In this document: positions 53,244 to 64,000 of the stretch, in pieces
Layout of the letters: each line of letters starts with the position of its first letter
How positions within the stretch are numbered: the stretch's first letter is position 1
Assembly: GCA_050273025.1 (NCBI GenBank)
Contig: CP158635.1
Span: 7,378,001-7,442,000 of the forward strand
Direction: 5' to 3'
Length of the DNA: 64,000 nucleotides
Origin: Cenococcum geophilum
Lineage: Eukaryota
The notes under the pieces: model-generated
What the model saw: the letters and a program-made list of their open reading frames with translations, nothing else
Told to the model about the DNA's origin: nothing
The model's database searches: none
Translations under genes and position numbers: made by a program

Positions 53244-53410
53244 CTTTGTGTGTGCGCGCGACACACTACTATCGGGTCCCCGCTATATTCCCGATAGCCT
53301 CTACACGTGCCTCTGCCAAGTATACCCCCTATATACACCTAGGTAGCCACCTCATTTTTTACCCTTCCTTACATCCTCCCTACCTAGGAAGACACCAGAA
53401 CGACAGCCAG

Positions 53411-53570
53411 CAGATGACCGTCGCCGGAGCCAGACGACCATCGCCGGAGCTAGACGACCGTCGTCAGAGCTAGACGACCGTCGCCGGAGCCAGATGACCG
53501 TCGCCAGAGCTAGACGACCGTCAGAGCCAGACGACCGTCGTCATCGCCACACGACCGTCGCCAGAGCCAC
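53411..53570. repeat. 20-bp tandem repeat ([C/T]AGACGACCGTCGCCGGAGC), about 6 units plus degenerate copies
   Basis: Direct repeats visible in the sequence. Confidence 0.9.
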
Positions 53571-53639
53571 ACGACAACCGTTCGAACGACCAGCCAGCGA
53601 ACACGATAAACGATTCGATCGATCGATCGAATCAAGGTG

Positions 53640-53697
53640 ACACAGACAGGTAGGCACAGACAGGTAGGCACAGATAGGTAGGCATAGACGGGTAGGT

Positions 53698-53740
<43 letters not shown>

Positions 53741-53875
53741 GGTAGGTAGGTAGGCAAGCAGGCAGGCAGGTAGGCAGGCAGGTAGGCAGGTAGGCAGGCA
53801 GGCAGGCAGGCAGGCAAGTAGGCAGGCAGGTAGGCAGGCATGCAGGCAGGCAGGCAGGCAGGTAGGTAGGCAGAT
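53640..53875. repeat. Compound tetranucleotide microsatellite (GACA)n/(GGCA)n/(GGTA)n
   Basis: Visible in the sequence. Confidence 0.95.
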
Positions 53876-53989
53876 AATTTAGAGCCTCCGCGAGAGGCTT
53901 CCCCCTTAACGCCTAAAGTAGATAGCTCTACATTTTATATAGTTATAATATAAATATATTTAAAAGTATATTATAGAAATCTATAGGAA

Positions 53990-56625
53990 TGTCACGGGAC
54001 GGGGGCAGTGGCTACAAAGCGTATGTATTCGAGGAGTCTACAAGACGTTGCGCGATCGATCGTAAGGGTCGAGGGCGTAAGGAGGTGATATACCTACGCG
54101 TAGCTGACATAAGCTATACGCGAGGTGTACGCGAGAGCACGGGGCTCTCCTATAGAGGCCCCTGCGGTGGGGTTCCGTAACACTACCCCCCCTCTTATAG
54201 AGGCGGAGCTCTGGCGACGCTGTGGTTACTATATATATATAAAGGGGACACTTAAGGTATAGAAAAAAAGAAAAGGGGGGTTTACTAAAGGCTTAAAATA
54301 ATATTATATAATAGGGCTTAGCATTTAAGAATCCGACTAATTAGATAACTTTAACCGCCGGTTAAAGTTCCTAGACATCTTAATAATATTCTAGTTACGT
54401 AATCGCACTTTGCCGTAATCTAATAGCAATTTAACGGTAATTTGCCCTTACGTAGTAATGTATAATAGTTTAACTCTATAAGGGCTCCTATAGAGGATTA
54501 GGTATAAAGTCTCTACTTAGGCCTAGTTTTTATAGGTTCGCGTAATAAAAGTTGCTAATTAAATCCTTTGCATTTTTAAAGTCTTCCTATAGTTGCTATT
54601 CTGGCTAATTTATATTAAATCCTGTGTATATAGCTCTACAGTAGAGCTATCGTCCTTTGCCTTTACTAAAGTATTTAGAGTTAATAATTTATTTAACGGT
54701 CTACTCCTTATAGTTTTTATCTTCGTTTTTATCTTAGATTAATACTAGTAGGGGTTTAGGCTATATCTACCTTAGTAAGGGGTTAGGCTAATAGAGCTAT
54801 AGTAGCTATAGGTAAAATATAGGTTATATTCCATAGGTGGCTAGGGTAGGTAAGAGTTCTAGCTTATATACGGCTCCCCTATTAATAACTTATTTAATTA
54901 AATAGGGGCTAAGGTTCTTATAATTAAGTAACTTTATAGGCCTCTATATAGAGATATTGCGTATATTTAGCTATACCTAGTCGCTAACACATATCTCTGG
55001 TAGTGGCGTTTTATAATAGTTAGCGAAGTAGGCCTACTTTACTTAAGCCTAGGCCATTTCTTCCTTGTAGTAGTTAAGTAGATTTTTTATATAGTTTATA
55101 TACTAGTTAGTAAGTAATATCTTAAGGCGTTTTCTATATAGTAGTTTCTTATTAATAGGTTCTAGTAGCTCTATACTAGATTAGGGGTAATAACCCTTAT
55201 TCGTAAAGAACGGGGTAAGTCCTATAGTAGTTAAGATATAGTTATTCGCTGCAAATTTACCTAGTAGAAGGTAATCTACCTATTTATTTTAACTATAAGC
55301 GACTACCTATTATAGATATGCTTTTATACTAGTATTAGCGTTTTCTAGTTACCTAGTAGTTTTATAGTAAAAGGATATAGATATCTTAATAGAGATGCTA
55401 AGGCGTTAGCAGATTTGTCTCTATATATTAGAGTTAAATTATATGCCTTAGTTGGACGTAATTAAGTTAGGTAACCTATGTAGTCAGTAGACTTTATAAA
55501 GAAAGGCGTTAGTAAAATTACTAACGGCTACGCCTTTAGTTAGGACGTAGTGGCGCTCTTTTATAAGTTAGTATATTATTATAAGGACGTTCTTATCCCT
55601 TAACCCGCCGGCGTCTATCTAGTAGCTGGTCCGTGCGGAACACCAGAATTAAAAGTACGCGTGTAGTCACGGAGCCTTGATCCTATTAATCTGATTGGCT
55701 AAATCTTATCGATAATAGATGGACGTAACTCGGCGGGTTAAGGGATAGGTACAGCCGTATTATTTATAGGGTGGTAGGTTAATAACAAAATCTATAGTAA
55801 TATCTACCTATCGTTATATAGGTACTAGTAGAGGGTATAGTAGTCTTTAGTACTTTATATTAAAGGCTTTAGCGCGCTTATAACTATAGCAGGCGCCTAT
55901 AAAGCGTTTAACTAAGTCTATTATTTTTAGCTAGAAGTAGTATTGGCTAAGAAACTTGTAGGTTCCTTCTCTACCTAAATGGCCGCTTAATTAGAGGTTG
56001 TAGGCTATTTAGATTTTCTAAGTTAGGGATAAATAGGCGGCCTTTATAATAGAGCCTGTTCTCTTTTACTTTTAAAGCTACTATATTAATCTAGCCTAAG
56101 CTTTAAAGGTTAGTAGGTAGCGTATAGGCGCTAGCGGTCTTTACGGTAATAAGTTAATATAGTAATAGGTTAACAGAGACGTTATATGCCATAGTAATAA
56201 GCTTATTAATTTTAGGAGGTAACTCTAGTTCTATAGTATAAAGCTAGGGTATAGTTAGCTCTATTATAGGTAGTATACCTAGAGCTAAATTTTATACTTT
56301 TAGGATTGTCTATTATTAGAACTAATTATAGGGGTTATTTTTAGATTAAAGAAGGTCTTACAAGCGGCGTGTTAGGCTATTAGGTTTAGTACCTTATACT
56401 TCTAGTTTATATATAATTTTAAAGTTAAAACTAAAAAAGAACTTATTCTAATGTGCTTAGCGTTAGTTTAGCTACTTTATAGTTATAAAGTACTTAAGGT
56501 TACAATAGTCTGTAAGAACTTTAGTTAGCTAGTTAGGCTCTATTAAGGAGAGTTTTAGTTAAAATTCTTTAAACGCTTATATAATTATAAGGAGTTTTTT
56601 ATTATAGATTTTATAGTTATACTCT
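53990..56625 (-). mobile_element. Gypsy family B copy 2 (3' LTR 53990-54182, chromodomain, integrase, part of RNase H), interrupted by a LINE
   Basis: Collinear with 12805-15315 and breaks at the T-rich LINE tail; the remainder presumably lies beyond the window. Confidence 0.92.
55597..55744. mobile_element. 148-bp MITE with TIR CCCTTAACCCGCCG and AT duplication
   Basis: Absent from the paralogous B copies, which read TTCTTATAGGTAC at ~14408-14420 and ~59208-59220; here the sequence is TTCTTAT[CCC...GGG]ATAGGTAC. Confidence 0.93.
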
Positions 56626-59600
56626 TTTATTTTTATTTATTTTTATTTTTTTATATCTATTATATTATACTACGTACAATACTGCGCATGCAGCCTTGGG
56701 CTATGGCGCTATAGTTCTATATACATAAATCCTTTCTAGGCAGCTTAATATGTACTAGTAGCTATATCCTAGTAGTTTATAAACCCCTAAATTAGGAGTT
56801 TATAGTTTCCTAGTAAAATACTAAGATACTACAACTACTAGGGAATAAGAAAATGGTAAGAAAAACTATAAGAAATCCTAACCCCTGTCCCTGTCCATTT
56901 GTAATTTATTTCTGTCCTTTTGCTCTCTAATATCTTTTTAAGAGCCTAGTAGGAGTTGCCTCCTTCTAGAATCCTATCTGTTTTATTCTTCTATAGAATC
57001 TTCTTTACGTACTAGTTTAGCAGCTTTAAAAGTCTTACAATCTTTACTATTAGTAAAGTGTTTTTCTTTACAATTAATGCAAAGAGGGGTGGTATGCTGG
57101 TAAGGCTTGCCTATTATTATACAGGTAGAACAGGAATAGTCTTTAGATAAATATACAGCTGCACAGTATCTGCAGGCCCTAGTAGAGCACCTGTCTCCTA
57201 TATGGCCAAATTTTTAGCAGCTCGTACACTGCGTAGTAGGAGAGACTTCGAGGTATTTTACTACCTTAGTAGCTGTACCTACAATTGATATCTCTTTTTG
57301 CTTAAGGATTTCTTGTCTTTTTTCCTCGTTCTCTATAGTAAAAACTATAGAGCCAAATCTAGTTTATGGGTTGTGTCTTTTTACACTAGATAAGATCCAT
57401 CTAGGTAGTCCCTGTATCCTTATAGGATTTAAAGTCTTAATTTCTTCCTTTAGAAGCTTAGAGCCTCCTTCTCCTAGGAACGGTATAGTAGGGACCCTAT
57501 AGGCTATAATTTGAACCTATAGTTCTAGTTTTTGTTCTCTTTAAAAGGTAAAGCAATTATGCCAGATATCCTTATATTTGACTAAGAAATCTATATTATA
57601 CTCTTCTTGTTACGGGACGGGGGCAGTGGCTACAAGACGTATGTATTTAAGGAGTCTACAAGACGTTGCGCGATCGATCGTAAGGGTCGAGGGCGTAAGG
57701 AGGTGATATACCTACGCGTAGCTGACATAAGCTGTACGCGAGGTGTACGTAAGAGCACGGGGCTCTCCTATAGAGGCCCCTGCGGTGGGGTTCCGTAATA
57801 CTACCCCCCCTCCTATAGAGGCGGAGCTCCGGCGACGCTGTAGTTACTATATATATATAAAAGGGACACTTAGGGTATAGAAAAGAAGAAAGAGGGGTAT
57901 CACTAAAGGCTTAAAACAACGTTATATAATAAGGCTTGGCATCTAAGAATCTAACTAATTAGACAACTTTAACTACCGGTTAAAGTTCCTGGATATCTTA
58001 ACGATATTCCGGTCACGTAATTGCACTTTACCGCAATCTAACGGCAATCTAATGGCAATTTACCCCTACGTGGTAATATATAACGGTTTAACTTTATAAG
58101 GGCTCCTATAGAGGATTAGGTATAAAATCTCTGCTTAGGCCTAGTTTCTGTGGGTTCGCGTAATAAAAGTCGCTAATTAGATCCTTTGTATTTTTAAAGT
58201 CTTCCTATAGTTGCCATTCTGGCTAATTTATATCGAATCCTGTGTATATAGCTCTGTAGTAGAGCCGTCGTCCTCTACCTTTGCCAAAGTATTTAGAGTT
58301 AATAATTCGTTTAATAGTCTACTCCTTATAGTTCTTGTCTTCGTTCTTATCTCGGATTAGTACTAGTAGGGGTTTAGGCTATGTCTGCCCCGGTAAGGGG
58401 TTAGGCTAGTAAAGGTATAGTAGCTATGGGTGAAATACAGGCTATATCCCGCGGGTGGCTAGGGTAGGTAGGAGCTCTAGCTTATATATGGCTCCCCTAT
58501 TAATAACTTATTTAATTAGGTAGGGGCTAAGGTTCTTATAATTAAGTGACTTTATAGGCCTCTGCGTAGAGATATTATGTATATCTAGCTATACCTAGTT
58601 GCTAACACGCATCTCCGGTGGTGGCGTTCTATAACAGTTAGTAAAGTAGGCCTGCTTTACTTAAGCCTAGGCCATTTCTCTCTTGCAGTAGTTAAGTAGA
58701 TTTTTTATATAATCTGCATGCTAGTTAGCAAGTAGTATCTTAAGGCGTTTTCTATATAGCAGTTTCTTATTAATAGGTTCTAGTGGTTCTATACCGGATT
58801 AGGGGTAATATCCCTTGTTTGCAAAGAATGGGGTTAGTCCTATAGTAGTTAAGACGTAATTATTCGCTGCGAATTTACCTAGTAAGAGGTAATCTACCTA
58901 GTTATTTTAACTATAGGCGACTACCTATTGTAGGTACGCTTTTATGCTAGCATTAGCGTTTTCTAGTTGCCCAGTAGTTTTATAATAGAAGGATGTAGAT
59001 ATCTTAACGGAGATGCTAAGGCGTTGGTAGATTCGTCTCTATATATTAGAGCTAAACTATATGCTTTAATTGGACGTAATTAAGTTAGGTAACCTATGTA
59101 ATCGGTAGATTTCGCAAAGGAAGGCGTTAGTAATATCGCTGACGGCTACACCTTTGGTTGGGACGTAGTGGCGCTCTTTTATAAGTCGGCATATTATTAT
59201 AAGGATGTTCTTATAGGTACGGCCATGTCGCTTATAGGGTAGTAGGTTAATAACGAAATCTATAGCGATATCTGCCTATTGTTATATAGGTACTAGTAGA
59301 GGGTGTAGTAGTCCTTAGTACTTTGTATTAAAGGCCTTAGCGCGCTTATAACCGTAGTAGGCGCCTATAAAGCGTTTAACTAAGTCTATTATTTTAGGCT
59401 AGAAGTAGTATTAGCTAAGAAGCTTATAGGTTCCTCCTTTGCCTAGGTAGCCGCTTAATTGGAGGTCATAGGCTATTTAGATTAGTTGCCGTTGTAGATT
59501 TTCTAAATTAGGGATAAATAGACGGCCTCTATAATAGAGCCTGTTCTCTTTTACTTTTAAGGCTGTTATATTAATCTAGCCTAAGCTTTAGAGTTTAGTT

Positions 59601-62600
59601 GGTAGTGTATAGGCGCTAGCGGTCTTTGCGGTAATAAGTTAATATAGTAATAGGTTAACAGAGGTGTTATATGCTGTGGTAATAAGCTTATTAATTTTAG
59701 GAGGTAATTCTAGTTCTGTGGTATAGAGCTGAGGTATAGTTAGCTCTATTATAGGTAGCATACCTAGGGCCAAATTCCGTGCTTTTAGGATTATCTATTA
59801 TTAGAACTGGTTATAGGGGTTATCTTTAGACTAAGGAAGGTCTTATAAGCGGCGTGTTAGGCTATTAGGCTTAGTACCTTATACTCCTAGCCTATATATG
59901 ATTTTGAAATTAAAACTAGAGAGGAACTCGTTCCAGCGTACTTAGCGTTAGTTTAGCTATTTTATAGTTATAAAGTACTTAAGGTTGCGATAATCCGTAA
60001 GGACTTTAGTTAGCTAGTTAGATTCTGCTAAGGAGAGTTTTAGTCAGAATTCCTTAAACGCTTATATAATTGTAAGAAGTTCCTTATTATAGATCTTGTA
60101 GTTACATTCTTATGGTGTAAGCTTAGACGAGTAGAATATAACTAGGTAGAGGAAACCGTTATTACCTATTTAGGAGAGGACGCCTGCGTTAATGTGGTCT
60201 AAGAAGTTAGTCTTAAGATAGAGTTATTGTCCTAGTATAAAGTGAGCTAGAATAGGTACTTTGGTAAAAGCATCTTTAAGGTCTTAGAACGCCTTTTTAT
60301 ATTTAAGTATTTAGATAAAACGTAGATATGTTTTTTTTTGTTACGGAAAGGTCCTTTGTTCGCATTATTGCTATAAGTGGTGCTATAACACCTAAGAAGT
60401 TATATATGAATTTTTAATAGAAGTTGGCGAAACTAAGGAAAGCTTATATATCTTTAATATAGTTAGGGGTTTGCTATTTAGTAATTATGCGTACCTTCTT
60501 AGGGTCTATACGGACACCCTTAATAGTAACGATTAGTTTAAGGTATTTTACTTCTGTGATTAAGAATTTGCACTTCTTTAAATTAATATAAAGTCCTATA
60601 TCCCTAAGGCGCTGTAGGACCTTTTAAACGTGCTTAGTATACTTAGAAGGGTTATTGCTATAAATAAGTATATTATCCAGGTACGCAGAGCAGAAGTTAT
60701 TAAGGTAGTCCCGTAAGGCGTTATTAATATAGCTTTAGAAGCTGCTTAGGCCGTTATATACGCCAAAGGGTATAATAGTATATTTAAATTGGCTAAAGCG
60801 TAATGCGAATGCGGTTTTCCATTTGTTACCTTCTTATATTTAGAGGCGGTTAAAGGCGGTAATAATATTAAGCTTAGTATAGATTTTGGCTTAACTAAGC
60901 CGCTTAAGAGTCTTATGTATAAGCGGTACGGGGTATCGGTTCTTAATTATAATAGCGTTAAGTCCTTTATAGTTAACGTAGAATCGGATACCTCCTCCTA
61001 GCTTTTTAGTAAGGAGGATAGGGGTGGCTGCTAGGGATATACTGGGGCAAATAAACCCTTTATTAAGGTGCTCGTTGATATACTTTTTAATAACTAAAAG
61101 TTTGTCTTTTAATATTAGGTAGGGTCTCTTATAGGGTAGCGTTTTTCCTTATTTAATATTAATGGTATAGTTATTAGGTTAATATGGGGGGAGTATATCT
61201 ACGCTCTTTTGTGAGCATATGTTAATAAAGTTATAGTACCTCTTAGGGAGGAGCTTACGGAGTTCCTTGTTAGTAAGTCCTTTTTTAAGCTTTATAAACT
61301 TCTTAAAGTCTAAAGGTAAAAGTCCGTAGAGTTCTATAGGGGCATCGTTTTTTAGAAGGTTGACTATATCTATCCTATTACTATAGAGGACGTAGTCTTG
61401 TTTTTTATTAAGCTTATATAGTTATAATTGGGAGGCTGCGGTAACGGTCTAGCCTTTCTTATATGCTATACGGTAGAAGGCCGCGGTACTTATATAGTGG
61501 CAGTTAGTTATAGGTAGGGTAATAAGGGGTTCCTTGGGTTAGTATTCTAGGGAGTAGATAGAGGCGGCTAGGCTATATCCTAGGCAGGTCTCTCTATAAT
61601 ATTTAGAGTTAAAGGTTACTTCTCTCTTTTTCTAGTTAATGGTGGGGTTGTGTTATTCGAGCTAGTTTATTCTAAGGATAATAGGGTAGTTAGTAAGTGG
61701 TATAATATAGGCCTAAAGTTCTTCCTGGTGCCTATTTATATTTAGGTAGAGTTATACTATATAGGTAATCTTCTATATGGTATAACTACCGTTAGTAAGT
61801 TATAGGGCGCGGGCTTTGGTAAGGGGTAAGGTAGGTAGGTTATAAGTGCGCACGAATTAGGTATTTATAAATTTATTAGTAGCTCCGTAATTAATTATAG
61901 AACGGCTTTTATATTGTTTTTTAGCAGTAGTTCCTATTATAGGTAAAACTATTTATTTCCGTCTATTTATCTTTACTAAGTTATTTATTAAGTAGGCCGA
62001 TATATAGATCCCCTTATTATTAGGGCGTCCTAACCTACGACTTAGGGCTAGGACTTAGCGTTTTCCGTTTCTATATCCGACTCTACTGCTATTACTGCGT
62101 CTTTGTCTTATATAGTAGTGGTATATAGCGACGTATTTAGTGTTTGAGGTACTAGGTTAGGTATTAGGCGGTAGCTACTAAACCTAGCTATTAGGCAGTT
62201 TAGGCTATAGCTATAACAGCCTTCTTAACAATATCTATAGCAACGCTTTAGCTTTTAAAGTAGCTCGCGTTCTCCATCTAGTAGCTTCTATGGGAAGGTT
62301 AGTATAGAAAGGTTAATATTAGGACTAGTAGTGTTGCTTAAGGTAGTAGGCGTTAGTAGTTTAATAGGTCTAGAGGGCTTCTATAGGGAGGTCTTTAGGT
62401 AAAGGTTTATAGTAGCGATCTAATTTAGTCGTCGTTTAATCTTCTATATGGCTGCTACTATATTATAAACATTATTATAGTTATAGCTGGCGGCTGCGTA
62501 ACTAAGGCAATAAGTGACTTTTTTAAGGAGATCTTTTTAGTCTTTAGTATCGTCTTAGGTGAGGGCTCTAGTGTATTCCTGAAATTTAACATAGAACTTA

Positions 62601-64000
62601 TCAAATAATTTAGTAGGGCTTATCTTTAGAGTATATAGTTTAGCTTAGTTAGTGGCCAGTAGGTCGTAGTCGCGGTATATTAGGTTAAGATTGTTAAGGA
62701 CTTCTTAATAGGACTGCCACTTTTAGGGGCTATTGGTCTCCTATTAGGCGAAGAGTCTATTAAATGGTGTACCCTTTATTTGCCTAATAATATAGCCAAT
62801 CTTAGTGTCTTCCGTAGGAAAAAGGCAGGCGCTCTAAGTTAGTTTTTCGCGGATTTGTATCTTCTAATGGCTATATTCTTTGCGGTCTCCCTAGAAAACT
62901 AGGGGATTAGGGTAATGTGTATTAGACCCTATAATAGCAGCTTAGGTTTAGTTATTATAGCTTTTATCGTCGCTTTAGTAGGGGTTCCTATTAGGTAAGA
63001 CTGCTTAGCGCTAACCCTCTATTAAGCGTTAAGTAGGTGAAGTTGCTGGGGGCGTAGAGACTTAAGTAGCGTTATATACAGTAGAGAGGTATCTAGCGTT
63101 ATTACGAATATGCTTATTAAGCTAAGATTATAGGTATTTAATTATACCTTCTCTTTTAGTAACCGTAGCAATAAGTACAATCTTAGCCTTCTTTAACTAT
63201 TAGACGTCGCGTTTAGACACACGGAGGTTATCTTCGGTTTCTTAACGCGTGTTATTAGTAAGCGCCTCACGAGCTTATAGGTCTTAGATAATATCGCAAT
63301 CTTAGGTAGTACGCATCTCGGCTTATATAAGCTTTAGGTAGTAGTTCTATAGAAGGCGGTAGTATTTATTAGGTTCTTATGCTACCATTTTTATAAACGT
63401 CTTAGCGTCTTATATTTTAATTTTAATAGGTAGTAGTTCTTCCGCTTATTTATCTATAGTTATATAGTTAATAAAAGATAAGATATTATTAGTGTCTATC
63501 TCCTTAGGGGTTAAGGCTAGGGCTGATAAATCGAATTCTCCTGGGATTGATTGGCGTTGTAGGTTAAGTATAGGTATTGGATTGTTCTTTGGGTTTAATA
63601 TAGTAGCTAATAAGGAATATTGTCTTACTATTATAGGTTCCTTAGAAGTATAAAATAAGGTAACTTATAGGCACGCTGCTTCTGGCAGCGCCTATAGTAT
63701 TACAAAGATATAGAATTGGTCGTAGGCTGGGTGTTAGTGGTAAAAAGGCGCAACGTAATGTTATGGAACGGGGGCAGTGGCTATAAGACGTATGTATTTG
63801 AGGAGTCTACAAGACGTTGCGCGATCGATCGTAAGGGTCGAGGGCGTAAGGAGGTGATATACCTACGCGTAGCTGACATAAGCTATACGCGAGGTGTACG
63901 CGAGAGCACGGGGCTCTCCTATAGAGGCCCCTGCGGTGGGGTTCCGTAACACTTCTATAGTTGTAAGGAGAATATTTTGTTTTCCTTTAGTTCTAGCTAT
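56625..64000 (-). mobile_element. Tad1-like non-LTR retroelement, ORF1 (gag-like) only, with A-rich tail; pieces 56625-57607 and 63957-64000
   Basis: Minus strand reads PRWIL...GSIVFTI...QCTSC*KFGHIGDRC..RACRYCAAVY...LCINCKEKH....KDC (three zinc-knuckle-like motifs); (AAAAT)n-like tail at 56625-56652. Confidence 0.8.
57608..63951 (-). mobile_element. Gypsy family B copy 3, full length, nested in LINE ORF1
   Basis: 193-bp LTRs at 57608-57800 and 63759-63951; perfect TSD CTTCT; PPT; collinear with copy 1. Confidence 0.96.

Noticed and set aside
52388..53338. 316-aa 'CRAS'-repeat ORF and the overlapping EALH/KLYT ORFs
   Set aside because: Open frames are an automatic result of a 12-bp tandem unit; there is no independent coding evidence.
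53411..53570. CRISPR-like array
   Set aside because: The repeats are contiguous with no unique spacers, and the context is eukaryotic.

Overview
Fungal (filamentous ascomycete) genomic DNA with a two-compartment layout. Two GC-balanced gene islands alternate with two AT-rich blocks of RIP-mutated, nested transposons. Island 1 (1-8450) holds a dispersed 5S rRNA gene, a spliced TPR+DUF4470-like gene and a membrane protein. Island 2 (23481-33370) holds a secreted GESAG lipase/sterol esterase, NCR1/NPC1 and an RGG-rich hypothetical gene. The TE blocks (8451-23480 and ~33390-64000) resolve by LTR, TIR and TSD logic into: three chromodomain Gypsy families (A, B x3, D), three solo LTRs, a hAT element, two Tc1/IS630 elements, a pogo remnant, an ORF1-only Tad1-like LINE, several MITEs and tandem arrays. 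The most unusual signals are: CCCTT...AAGGG elements that duplicate only AT in a T-AT-A target (one checkable against empty sites in paralogous copies inside the window); a TIR-poor element encoding a GCR1_C-like domain with the same flank pattern; convergent second ORFs inside the Tc1 and hAT elements; and Tf1-like self-priming sites in all three Gypsy families. All TE protein calls are from by-eye translation of RIP-damaged sequence; no database searches were run.
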